DNA of 64,000 nucleotides from Octopus vulgaris (Eukaryota): NCBI GenBank assembly GCA_951406725.2, contig OX597823.1, positions 32,116,001 to 32,180,000 of the forward strand, read 5' to 3'. Shown piece by piece: positions 1 to 11,844 of this stretch (position 1 is its first letter; each line of letters starts with the position of its first letter). The notes under the pieces were generated by a model. It saw only the letters and a program-made list of their open reading frames with translations, ran no database searches and was not told where the DNA came from. The position numbers and the translations under genes were made by a program.

Positions 1-189
1 ATGTTACAATCACTCACCAAAACACAGCCAGCATTCTAGGGCGAGTAAAGGATAAGAAATGTTACTGTATGACTGAAAGCTTGGAGAGGAGAAGTGGCAG
101 GGTCAGTAGTGAAATATCTTCATGTAATACAACACATACATTTAAATTGATAGGGTTTTTCTAAGGATGTGGGCAGTACATGTCAATAC

Positions 190-457
190 AATCTTTTGGA
201 TTTCTCTGAGGCATGGTTCTCCTGGGATATTATCTAGATATTTCTGATATCCCTTTCTTATCATACCTAGGGCACCCACAATAACAGGAACAATTCTTAA
301 TTTAAGATGTCACATCTTTTGTATTTCAATTTCCAGGTCCTTATATTTACTTGATTTGTAAAATTCTTTTACAGATATATTTTTTATCAGTGGGAACACT
401 TACATCTATTGGCCTGCAAGTATTTTCTTCTCTGTCTTTAATGACCATGTCTGGTCG
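190..457 (-). mobile_element. Degenerate 3' fragment of an R4/Dong-like (restriction-like endonuclease) non-LTR retrotransposon
   Basis: Minus-strand translation gives remnants such as RPDMVIKD...KYKDLEIEI...VPVIVGALGMI, typical of the C-terminal RLE region; interrupted. Confidence 0.6.
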
Positions 458-544
458 ATTATTATTATTATTATTATTTTCCAATGGATTTGCAATGTAT
501 TACATTTTCCAACCAGATCTCAACTAGAGACTTAATGCAGGTAT

Positions 545-860
545 ATATTAGATGAATATGGCCAGTTGATGTCGACACAATTTTTGAGTCTCATAGATTG
601 TTGGTTCCCCAGGGATTTGGTCAAAAAATTTGTTGTTACCTTTTTTGATCATTCACAGGGCACCTACAACAACAGGGATAGTTTAGATTTTTAATTGCCA
701 TGCCCTAGATATCTCACTCACAAAGTCCTTATATTTCAGCAATATTTCAATTTCTTTTGCTGAGATGGTTCTTTCAGTAGCCACTGTCATGTCAATTAAC
801 AGTCATGTTTTTTGTTTTAAGTCTTTGATGACGATGTCTGTTCTGTTAGCATTTATTTGC
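545..860 (-). mobile_element. Second degenerate R4/Dong-like RLE fragment
   Basis: WQINANRTDIVIKDLKQKT...KYKD remnants, same region as 190-457. Confidence 0.55.
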
Positions 861-1069
861 CAGTCTGTATAGCCCATGCAACGGTTTTTCTTGCCAGTCC
901 TGATGCTTCCTTCATGCTTTCCTGTTTGGCTTTTGTTTGGCTTTTGTTTTACACATTTTTGCTGCCTTAGTGAGTGGTATGTACTCCTTATCATCATCAT
1001 AATCAGGGAAGTTAAGTTCTCATCTGTATTTATATGCCTCCTTTCAGACTGAGTGCAGCTTGTGTATTA

Positions 1070-1094
1070 TCTCTCTCTCTCTCTCTCTCTCTCT

Positions 1095-1146
<52 letters not shown>
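1070..1146. repeat. Compound (CT)n(AT)n microsatellite
   Basis: Directly visible. Confidence 0.95.
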
Positions 1147-1152
<6 letters not shown>

Positions 1153-1428
1153 AAATATATTTTAAATTGTATGGTGCCTCAACTTAAGTACCATATTCAT
1201 CTGAATCTAAAGTTTTACTGAACTCATCTTATATGTATATATATATATATACATATATATATAGTTGAAATTTACAGAAAAACAAAAAACAAAAACAGGT
1301 GTATTAGTTTGACACTCAGAAAGGTGAGAAAGTCCTTGCATTTCGAACCTACATTCTTCAACAGAAGGGAGTACAAAGAAATAAACAGAAAGAGAATAAA
1401 AAACTTTTAGAGATAGCAGTCAATCAGG

Positions 1429-1529
<101 letters not shown>

Positions 1530-2597
1530 CATACATACATATATACATGTGTGTGTGTGTCTGGGTGTCTAAACAAATTACTTTTTTATTTAATTCAGGG
1601 GATGATAGGTTCAAACAAGCTGTGTCCAATCACTTTGAATAAAGTACTCAACGAGATGACTAAGGATTAATAAACATTTAATCCATAACCATTAGTTTAA
1701 CAAAATATATTGTGTTTCACCTATGACTAGCCAAGCTTGAACTTGTCTCCAAGCTATAACGAGTCAACTTAATTATAGTCATCCGAATTAGCTTAAATGT
1801 TAATGAAGGTAGCAATCCATCTGAACATTTTTGCCCAAGAAGGATTACTATCCTATCCCAGAAAATGATCTTTCACTCATCCGCCTCATATCATCGGTAT
1901 GGCAAAACTGCTGTGTCCTGTAGCATATCAGATTGTGTAGACTGATTCCAAAGAAAACAGAGGATCTTCATATTTTTACTTCAAGAACTTATTCTGACAA
2001 TTAAACAGATTTCGCCTGAAGTGAGCGAGTGGCAACCCCTGGGCTAGATTGTCAGACGTATAACTAAGCAAAAAGCTAGAGTCTCAATTCAATAGAAGCT
2101 TGATGACAAGTTAACACAATTCAGTTTTGCTTGTTCTGCAGTAATTAATAGAATTTGAATGCATTAATTAGCTATAGGACCAATTAAAGCTCATACTGAT
2201 AAGGATCAGTGTTCCCAGACTATAATAATTTTGAGAAGGAAACAAATAATGGAAATATTTGATGTGCTGAGCATAGGGCAATGGAAATATTCGCATTTTG
2301 AAGAAGGAGTTTTTCGTCCACGATGACTTGTTTCAAACTACATTAAAAGATAGTCGTTTTCAGGTTTAGAATGAGTAGATTAAAGCTTTCCTTCAAGGGA
2401 AATAACTCATAATAGACCAGATTCTTACGGTTCAAGGGATTTAATTCTTATTGCTAAATCGGTTAATTGAAGTTGATTTGATATGTAGAAACGATTCGGT
2501 GATATCTATAGTACATGCATTGTATGTATGTATGTATGTACGTGTGTATGTGTGTCTGTCTGTCTGCATGCATGCATGCATGTATGTATGTATGTTA

Positions 2598-2810
2598 TCA
2601 ACGGCCAGATTAAGACAAGCTCTCAACGGCCAGATTATGACAAATCCTCTACGGCCGGATTAAGACAAGTTCTCAACGGCCGGATTATGACAAGCTCTCA
2701 ACGGCCAGATTAAAACAAGCTGTCAACGGCCAGATTAAGACAAGTTTTCTACGGCCGGATTAAGACAAGTTCTCAACGGCCGGATTAAGAGAAGTTCTCT
2801 ACGGACCGAT
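2598..2810. repeat. 25-bp minisatellite, about 8.5 units (TCAACGGCCRGATTAAGACAAGYTC)
   Basis: ACGGCC/ACGGAC recurs at 2601, 2626, 2651, 2676, 2701, 2726, 2751, 2776, 2801. Confidence 0.95.
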
Positions 2811-3395
2811 AACCTTTCTGTCGCCAAACATCATAAGTTTCGAAGCAAGTTAATATTTCCCAGACAAGTTAATCATCGCCAGACATGATTTTCACGGAAG
2901 ACCGGAAATGATCAACATTGCATGCATGACAGTGACGCTCGTTTACAGCCTTCATGCTGTCAAGACGAGGCAACACACACATATCGAACCAGAAACCATG
3001 AAACGTACTTTTTAACTACAGACATATTCTACACGTATTTTACAATGTTTTTTGTTGTTGTTGATTTCTTCTTTAGAATACACAACAATACTTCATCCAC
3101 TCTGACTGTGGATTCGAGTCTAACCGTATGAAATTTCCTCTGATACAACGATAAAGATGTAATACAGTATATTAAGATTTGTTAAATCTTTATTAATACA
3201 GTTGTACGACAGGATTTCATTATAGAAAGATATTTTCGATTTCATTTCAGATATGAGATTGTTTATTTTCTGACATAAAATGAAAAATTATATAAAACAA
3301 TAAAGCGAAAAAAGATAACACTCTCGAAGCAGAAGTGAGTACAAGACAAATAAAGTACTGTATTTAGCGTATAAGAACTATAGCTAAGACATTCA

Positions 3396-3802
3396 AGAAA
3401 CGTTAGCACGCCGGGCGAAATGCTTAGCAGTATTTCGTCTGCCGTTACGTTGTGAGTTCATATTCCGCCGAGGTCGACTTTGCCTTTCATCCTTTCGGGG
3501 TCGATAAATTAAGTACCAGTTACGCACTGGGTCGATGTAATCGACTTAATACCTATGTGTGTCCTTGTTTGTCCCCTCTGTGTTTAGCCCCTTGTGGGTA
3601 ATAAATAAATAGAAATAGGTACTTCGTTTGCCGTTATGTTCCGCGTTCAAATTCCGCCGAGGTCGACTTTGCCTTTCATCCTTTCGGAGTCGATTAAATA
3701 AGTACCAGTTACGCACTGGGGTCGATGTGAACGACTTAATCTCTTTGTCTGTCCTTGTTTGTCCCCTCTATGTTTAGCCCCCCTGTGGGCAATAAAGAAA
3801 TA
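3396..3802 (+). mobile_element. tRNA-derived SINE (family A) with tandem duplication of its 3' part
   Basis: B-box-like GAGTTCATATTCC/GTTCAAATTCC followed by the conserved core GGTCGACTTTGCCTTTCATCCTTTCGG, present twice; same family at 3945, 26900, 42015, 52580, 58228. Confidence 0.85.
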
Positions 3803-3944
3803 AATATTACCTAATTGAACGTTTACAACATCTAAAAAATTAAACGTTCAAACAAAATTTAAAAAAAAAATATTTTTTGAGGTTCTCCATAAATTTCTAA
3901 ACCATTTCACAATAACCGTGAGGTATTGAACACAACTACCTATT

Positions 3945-4163
3945 TCTTTATTACCCACAAGGGGCTAAACATAGAGGGGACAAACAAGGACAGACATAGG
4001 TATTAAGTCCATTACATCGACCCCAGTGCGTAACTGGTACTTTATTTATCGACCCCGAAAGGATGAAAGGCAAAGTCGACCTCGGCGGAATTTGAACTCA
4101 CAACGTTGCGCCAGACGAAATACCGCTAAGTGTTTCGCCCGGCGCGCTAACGTTTCTGCCAGC
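3945..4163 (-). mobile_element. SINE family A, inverted relative to 3396-3802
   Basis: Reverse complement of the family A core (CCCCGAAAGGATGAAAGGCAAAGTCGACCTCGGCGGAATTTGAACTC). Confidence 0.85.
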
Positions 4164-5542
4164 TAATTAATAAATCACTCACACAGTATTAAAGGGAGGT
4201 AACTAACATAAGCCACTCTCCAATGTTGTGAGGTTCCAGGTTTGTGTTGGTTTAAATAATTTCTGTATTTATTTCTGTTTTTGTTTTCCGAAGTAAATTT
4301 ACGCAAAAGCAGAAAAAATTGTTTATTGAACATGGCAGTAGATTTAAAGACATATTTCTAAACATTACTAGCCATGAATATCTGAAATTAACCAAGTTGT
4401 TAATGTAAGCATTTCTTCCAGTTCCTCTAATTTTCTGTTTTTCTTTTGTTCGAATGAATGAAACAAGATTTTTCTTTACATCGACCCAGTATCTCAGATG
4501 GAGAATTATTGTTAGACTGTGTGATGTTCATGCCTTTCTCAACGACGATACAGATTAGACATAAATGAAGTAAAGGGATTCCAACGGAGGAACTGAAATA
4601 ATATCAGACTCAACACTTTCTCTCAAACTTCGATCAGTCTCATAAAATTTCCAATAATTGATATTTATATAAAGTGATTTAAAACTCTTCATAAGCTTTT
4701 TACCCATTGACTTCGTGCATTTCGCCTTTTTACCTCCTTACGTACTAAAATACAGAAATAGTAGATCTTCATATATATTTCCACCATATTTACTCGTTTA
4801 TAAGTCACGCCTCTAATTAAGTGTTAAATTTTGATATAAAATCCTTCATTTCATAGTTTTAGCTCTGCTCCGTGTATAAGTCACCCCTCAGTTTTTACAG
4901 TAGAAAATGGTATAACTGATACTGGGATAAATTGGGTGTATTATAGCCTTGGAGGATACTTTACCAATAAAATCATACACTATGGTTATATTTAGTTTCT
5001 TTTTATTATTACCTATCAATTAGTTAACTAATTAACCAGTTTAACTGATCGATGGTTTGACCTATCAATCGGTTTGTCAGAGTTCTTTTGCAATTCATTT
5101 TTTCATCCGTGGTATTCCCTCGTTTGTTCCAGGATCGTCACATTCACAAAATGTTTGTGACGGCGTAATTTTTAAAATGTTTATTCGTTTATAAATTTTG
5201 TATATTTTATAATAAGCTGTGATCAGGAATAAATTATTTATTCCATGGCATGGAAACCTTCACCTCTAGAGAGTATATTAACCCTAGTTGAGAGTTACCG
5301 ATATTAAGGAATTACATCATAAATAAATATTGGAGGCTGGTTTTAAGATTCCACCATAGTTTAGTTCGCTTAAATGTGTTAATTGAAAGCTATATCAGTT
5401 AAGAGAAAGCTATGAATCTGGTCAAGTGTTAGGCTGAGACCAAGTTTTAAACAGAGGTCTTAGGTTTACATGTATTTCCTTTCTACTTGTGTATCTGTTC
5501 TTTCTCTAAATACATACGTTCTTTTTCTCTCTCTCTCTCTCA

Positions 5543-5573
<31 letters not shown>

Positions 5574-5959
5574 GAGAGTGTGTGAGTATAACACATGGCT
5601 TTAATATTGAAAATATGTGTCATGAAATGTTTTATTTGACAATAACATATTTGTTCATTCTTAATATATTCTGACAGATGAGAGCATGGATATTTCATTG
5701 ATGTGATTGTATGTTCTTGGAGGACATATCCTCCCATTAGACTACAGGAGTTCATAACACATCACATAAAGGGCAAAGTTGTTTTCCAATGAAGGAAAGC
5801 AACAATGATGAGATATTCATGCAGAACATCTTAATACATTATTGAGTGGACTCTCACTGTTCTGGCTGTTTATTCAACTGTACCCCATGAATTTATATCG
5901 TATTTAACGACTTGTTGCACATATTTTTTTTCTTCTTACAGAAATCTGTGATTGTTAGA

Positions 5960-6079
5960 ATGGTACAAAAAAACACCGTTGCCTGTTTGTTCTTGATCAT
6001 CACACTTCTACAACTCATTCTTCAGACTTCTTCAAAAGAATATGTCTTCAGACAGTATAAATTCAGGAAAAAGCGAGAT
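5960..6079 (+). CDS. DUF4787-like gene, coding exon 1 (signal peptide, RKKR)
   Basis: Polypyrimidine-TACAG acceptor at 5941, ATG at 5960, donor GTATGT at 6080. Confidence 0.85.
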
Positions 6080-9000
6080 GTATGTATTTAAAATAAACCA
6101 TTGCCTTTCTAACTTTGGGTGAGCAACAGTAAAATGTAGGGGGAACAGCAGATTATAGGAATGGTGTACATCACAACAAACCAGATACTGTATGGTTTTG
6201 AATGTTTGTGAAGCTGGCCAATGAGGAAATAACTACCAGTAATATAACAAGGGTTTTTCAATTTACTGAAGTTCTTGCTTTCTACAAACTTGCTGTGCTG
6301 CACTTAAATCTATCAAAGGGTACATATTTTGTCAACCTTGGTAGGACAAAAGGCAAAGATCATCTCAGATTTAAACTTGGGACATAAACAAATCCAAACA
6401 GTTTATCTGATTTTCTACTAACAATAAATGAAATCGAAATCAAATTCGATTACTGGAATCCGTGCAAGTGGAGTACTAAGAGTACCATCCGAGCGTGATT
6501 GTTGCCAGAGGAACAAGCTGGCCTCCATGCCGATGGCACGTAAAAAGCACCATTCGAGCGTGATCATTACCTGCGTCGCCTTACTGGCACATGAAAAGAA
6601 CATTCAAGCAAGGTCGTTGCCAGTGCTGTGGGACTAGTTCCTGTGCAGGTTACACATAAAAAGCATCATTTGAGCATGGCCTTCACCAGTACCGTCTGAC
6701 TGGCCCTCGTGCCTGTGGCATGTAAAAGCACCCACTACACTCTAAAAGTGGTTGGCATTAGGAAGGGCATCCAGCTGTAGAAACTCTGCCAGATCAGATT
6801 GGAGTCTGGTGCAGCCATCTGGTTCGCCAGACCTCGGTCAAATCGTCCAACCCATGCTAGCATGGAAAGCGGACATCCTAAAGTCCCAATAGACATCCCT
6901 CTCTTTTGCCAAAAACTTCTCACACATCTGCTTTACTGCAAATATTTGATCTGCTCACTCCCTTCCACTCTTAAAACCACACTGTTCCCCTCCTAGTACA
7001 CTCTCTGTCTGGTTCCTTACCCGAACAACCAGAATTCTCCCATACAGTTTACGAACCACACACAAAAGACTTAGACTCCTAAAATTTCCACACTCACATT
7101 TATCCCCTTTTCTCTTGTACAGTGGCACTATACAGGCACTGCACCAGTCCTTTGGTACTCCTCTAGCCATATAACAAACATTCATGGGCATCACAAACCA
7201 TTCAATCACTGTCACTCCTTTCTTTAGGCATTCCACTGTACACCCATCTATATCTGGTGCTTTCCAGTTTGCCATCTTCTGCAAGGATTCCCTTACCTCC
7301 TCCCTTCCAATTGCACCATAGTTCCATTCCCCAGTAACAGGCATTCTCTTCTCTCCTCCTACAGCCACTATACTTGCCTCCCTAGACAACTCCACATTTA
7401 TTAAATCACTAAAATACTCTGCCCATCTCCTTTGTAATATCTTCACTTCCTTTCAACAAATTTCTATTTACATCCTTCGCCTTTTCTTCAACCATCTTCC
7501 TTACCCTCTGTACCTCTTTCCAAAACATCTTTTCATTTCTTACAAAATGTTCACTCAACTTTTTTCTGAACCTTTCATTTGCCTCCCCTTTCACTACCCT
7601 CACCACTCCCTTTACTCTCCTCCTCACTTCTCAGTAGCAATCATAAGCCCCTCTATCCCCCTTCTGCAACCACTCTTCAAAGGCCCTTTTCTTCCTTGCC
7701 ACCGCTTCCCTTATCTGCTCATTCCACCACTCACTACCTTTCCTCACACCCATTCCAACCACTCTTGTGTCACATACCTCAGAGGCACATCTCATTACTG
7801 CCTCTCTAAAGGCTTCCCACTCCTCCTCCACATCTCCCATCTCTTAACCTGTTCATATTCACCTCTCAGTTCCTCTACATACTCCTGCTCCTTCTCTCTC
7901 CTATCCAGTTCACACACCTTCACGACCTCGCTCCTCCTTGTCACTCATCTAGCATTCCATTTTGAGCATACCTTTAACTTACCCTGTACTAAGAAGTGAT
8001 CTGAAACTCCCCCACCTCTCTTTACATGTACATCCACCAACCTTCCTACCACTCTCTTATCAATTAATACACAATCCATCAAAGCCCTATCCACTACTGT
8101 TCCTCCCTCCACCCTCTGAACTTATTCTTCTCCCACTTTTTGGAAAGACTATTCCCCACCACCAACTCCTGCTCCATACACATTTGCAACAACCTCCTTC
8201 CACTCTCATTCCAACCAAGAACTCCCCTATTTTCCTCCTACATTTCCTACTTCCTCATTTCCCACTCGTTCATTCAAATCACCCAACACCCCCGCATAGC
8301 CACTTTTCCCCACCCTATCAACGCTTTAATGTTGTTTTTGTTGTTGTTTTGTCAGGACAAACACTATCGACATGCTAAAAGTCAGTGTGAAACGTCATCT
8401 CATTGCCAGAAGTTGCTTACACGTCCCTTGGATCACACCCGCTGTGTACGACTGTGTATTTCTGAGAAATGTTACAATGAATTGTATAGCCATGATGAAG
8501 TGAGTAGTTTTAAGTTTTGCTTTTGTTAAATTTGTACCTTGTGGAATTAATAGCATCATTCATTATCATCATCACTGAAAAAGTGTGGTTGAGAAACTTG
8601 CTTCCCAACCATGCTGTTTCAGGGTCAGTCCTACTGTGTGGCACATTGGACAAGTGTCTTCTCCTATGGCCCTGGTCAAACCAAAACCTTGTGAGTGGAT
8701 TTAATAGAAAGAAACTGAAAGAAGCTCATTGTATATGTGTGTGTGTGTGTGTTTCCTTGTTTTGATGCCCCATGAAGGTTGTGAGTGAGTGTCATTGTCA
8801 TTCGTTTCCGTCTGCCATGGGGAAATATTAGTTTGCTTGGAAACTGGTGAAGATTGGCAACAGGAAAGGCATCCAGCCATAGAGAATCTGCCTCAGTGAA
8901 TTCTATCTGACCCATGCAGGCATAGATGACTGGACGTTAGAACAATGATAATGAGAACACTCCCAGCAGTAGATCCCTATCCGTTGTTAGGAAATTGTTC

Positions 9001-10737
9001 TTTAGCTCCAGACCAATCCTGATGCTCCAGACTTATGATCAAAACATTCAATTCCAGGATTTTATATGAAGATTTAGCTGCTTTTTTTAACAGGTCAAAT
9101 GATCATATTCAATGGCGTTTGAAAGATTTACTGTATTTGACGGTCTGAAAGGCTCAAGGGTATATTAAACATACTCCAGCTTTGGCAGCACATAATCAAG
9201 GAACAAAACGTTTTTAGTGCCTTAAATTGTATAATATGAGCCCAACTTCACATATAGGACCCAGGATATTCTAAATATTCTCTGTTTAATACTCATATGT
9301 AAGGAAGTAAGACAGGCTTCTTTCTTTTTACATCATTTTTACCCATAATTACGCAGAAAAGGTTCTATCTCAGCTGATAGGGATCCTTCTTACTGTTCAC
9401 TTCTAAACTGTTGAAGTAATTTATAATTTGTCAAACAAACTGAAACAGAGTTATGTCCCTTGCTCTGCTATACATTATAATGGCTGCCGTTTCAATTTAT
9501 GATATCGAGGTTGGGTCGGTTTGGTACTTCAGGCTCAGCTTTTTAAAAATCGTCGTTACAACGTCTTTTTTCCATATTTGTGTGCGCCAGATGGAATTCG
9601 TTGAAACAAAATTTTTTGCGGTTGAATTGCCTGTCCTGTGGCCTCTCCTCACATGTTTCCAAGCCAAATAATACTTTCTCAAAATTGGACATATTTTCAT
9701 GGAAAACTAAGAAAACAACATATACATACATATGACAGATTTCATTCTCTTATTGCTTACCAAATCCACTCACTAGGCACATCAGATGACACTTGCTGAA
9801 GGTGCTAAGCAGTGGAACTGAACCCATGTGGTTTGGAAGTGAAGTTCTTAAGCAGACAGCCATGGCTGCATCCATTTGTGTTTCTTTGCCAGCTTCTAAA
9901 AAATATTTAAGTATAATTGCTAGGGCAAGAAAAACGGTAGATTTTCCTTTAAATGACTAGAAGTGGCCAAATGTGAAGGGTTGTGGGTTTGAATGGCTAC
10001 AATGCTAGGGTCACAGATTTGATTCTAGGATCAGATGACACACTGTATCTTTGAGCAAGATATTTCATGTTGCTCTATTACATTTAGCTGATAATGAGTA
10101 CCAGTGGCATGTGGAAGTTAACCCTGTAAAGGACTGGTACCCTGTTCAGTGGGGTTATGTATTGTCAGCCTAAACCGTTTGAAAAAAAAAACATAAGCTT
10201 TGACCCCCATGTACTTGTAGACTTGAGGAAAAGAAGAGAGAATGACAGTCAGAGAAGAGAAACTGTCTGGACGAAACCCATGTCCAACATTGGAGAACTA
10301 TTGACATCTCACTTTGTAATTCATGAAATAATGAGATTTTAATCTCTTCAACCTTATTTAACATCCACAATCCTTGCTGGCAGGGATTGAAAACAGTTTG
10401 ACAGGGGGTCGTGGGTCCAAAGATCACATCATATCCAGCATCTACTTTGACATATTTTCTACTCTGCCAAAGGGTTGGGTGCCCTTCCTGAAGTTAACTG
10501 CTTTGTAACAAATCTTTAAATTCTTGATTTTAATGAAAACAATTTTGGACAAGTGATATTGCATATATTTATGGATATAAACAGGATTACTGTTTAATTT
10601 AGCATTTCTTGAAAGTAATTCTTGTTATAATCTTAATTATTTTTTTTCTGTTCCAGTTGGAAGAAGGTGAAATTGATGTTCGATTGAATTCCTTCAAAGG
10701 TTGTTACTTCTTAGATTTACGAAGTAGAGAGATGTGA
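5960..10737 (+). CDS. Small secreted Cys-rich protein, DUF4787-like, 114 aa; coding exons 5960-6079, 8356-8499, 10657-10737
   Basis: GT-AG phase-0 joins give MVQKNTVACLFLIITLLQLILQTSSKEYVFRQYKFRKKRD|DKHYRHAKSQCETSSHCQKLLTRPLDHTRCVRLCISEKCYNELYSHDE|LEEGEIDVRLNSFKGCYFLDLRSREM*. Hydrophobic signal peptide, 6 mature Cys, and a CxxxCxSxxCY...LEEGE.D.R..F..C pattern that I recall as DUF4787. An acceptor at 5940-5941 implies an upstream non-coding exon. Confidence 0.85.
6430..6880 (+). mobile_element. 3' UTR-only copy of the abundant RTE-type LINE
   Basis: GGCACGTAAAAAGCACC units and the GTGGTTGGCATTAGGAAGGGCATCCAGCTG...CCCATGCTAGCATGG end shared with 50120-50750. Confidence 0.8.
6885..8300 (-). 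mobile_element. Degenerate RTE-type LINE fragment (endonuclease tail through start of RT)
   Basis: Frameshifted ORFs with WKAPDIDG...IVPLYKRKGDKCECGNFRSLSLL...EQCGF and KGSEWWNEQI. Confidence 0.85.
8356..8499 (+). CDS. DUF4787-like gene, coding exon 2
   Basis: TTTTGTCAG acceptor, 144 nt open frame with 5 Cys, GTGAGT donor. Confidence 0.88.
8580..8952 (+). mobile_element. tRNA-derived SINE (family B)
   Basis: GTGGTTGAGAAACTTGCTTCCCAACC...GGGTCAGTCC...GGACAAGTGTCTT head; many similar copies (e.g. 12680, 20687, 37258 on +; 18750, 29775, 50780 on -). Confidence 0.75.
10657..10737 (+). CDS. DUF4787-like gene, last coding exon
   Basis: TTTTTTCTGTTCCAG acceptor; LEEGEIDVRLNSFKGC...; TGA at 10735-10737. 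Confidence 0.88.
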   Translation: MEEGEIDVRLNSFKGCYFLDLRSREM

Positions 10738-10767
10738 ACATTCCTTTTTAATGATTTCTAGTTTTGT

Positions 10768-10773
10768 AATAAA
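10768..10773 (+). terminator. Polyadenylation signal AATAAA of the DUF4787-like gene
   Basis: AATAAA 30 nt after the stop, followed by GT-rich sequence. Confidence 0.6.
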
Positions 10774-11481
10774 GCTGAATCAAGCATTTAAACATTGGTG
10801 AGTATGAAGTTGTTATTTTAAGGAGATTTGGGGGTTGGCATTTTTTCTTTTGCTTTGTCAGGGGGAAGGCTGTACCCATGGTTTTTTACACAGCCTATAA
10901 TATTGACAGGAGCAGGGCTGGAAGACATTGGTCAAACTGAAAACCTGGCTGAAATTCTTGCAACAGAATAGACTTCATTAAAGGCAACCAAAGATGATGT
11001 GGTGTTAAATCCAGGAGGACAGAGTTAATGAGGATCAGGGTGTCATCATAAACACATAAAAGCAGAGTTTATGAATTAAGGTATTTATTCAATTAAAAGA
11101 AAGAAATATTTAAACCATCACAGATATTCAAGGAAAGTTTAGGTCAGTGTTTCTATATTGGGGTCCACATAAGATTTTGGTATTAAAATTTATCTACAAT
11201 ACATTGCTATTTCTATAATACACAAAATATTTTTAATTTTGTCAATTCCTAATGTTATAAAAAAAATGCATTAGGGTTTTTTTTTTTATACATCAAATGT
11301 TTATTAGGGTCTAATAGAGTAAAATAGGAATAAAAGGGGATCCAAAGATGTTTTGAGGACCCTGATTTAGATATAACAGAGTAAAGAAATCAGGACATGA
11401 TCATTGAGGCCAGTTCTTTCATGCCTTTAGAATAAATTAAACTTTTTCTTATTTTTCATGGGCTTTGGTTTAAGCATTAGA

Positions 11482-11844
11482 CAGGGGTGGACTGAGCCAT
11501 CAATCAATTGGGCAAGGCCCGAAGTCCCACAGTCTACATGTTAACTCTGTTGATATCAGTGCTAAGGGACCTGGTAAACAGTTATGCCAGAGAGCCCTTA
11601 ACCCTGTCGTTACTGTATCTATTTTGAGATACTCTGTTTCTTTCAATTACTTTAAATATAACAAAGAATTTAGTAAATTAACTTAAGTTATCATTCAGCT
11701 AGTGTTAGGAACATAAATTGTGACTAAGGTTTGGTGGAAGATTTTAATTCAAAACTTATGAAAACAAGACATTTATACTACAGAGCTAGAGGCAGTTTCA
11801 GCTGGGTTGGTAACGAAAGGGTTAACACTCTCAGTCTGCCCCTG
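11482..11844. mobile_element. hAT-type MITE with 8-bp TSD
   Basis: TIRs CAGGGGTGGACTGAG / CTCAGTCTGCCCCTG (13/15 match); TSD GCATTAGA at 11474-11481 and 11845-11852. Confidence 0.8.
11602..11821. mobile_element. piggyBac-type MITE nested in the hAT MITE
   Basis: TTAA|CCCTGTCGTTAC ... GTAACGAAAGGG|TTAA; related copies near 18512, 28306, 33936, 57785. Confidence 0.8.

Noticed and set aside
1700-2050. Possible first exon or promoter of a gene running leftward off the window
   Set aside because: Unique-looking sequence with a donor-like TCATAG|GTGAAA on the minus strand, but only a 20-codon frame and no recognisable protein.
2598-2810. CRISPR-like array
   Set aside because: Units are contiguous with no unique spacers, no cas genes, and the context is eukaryotic.
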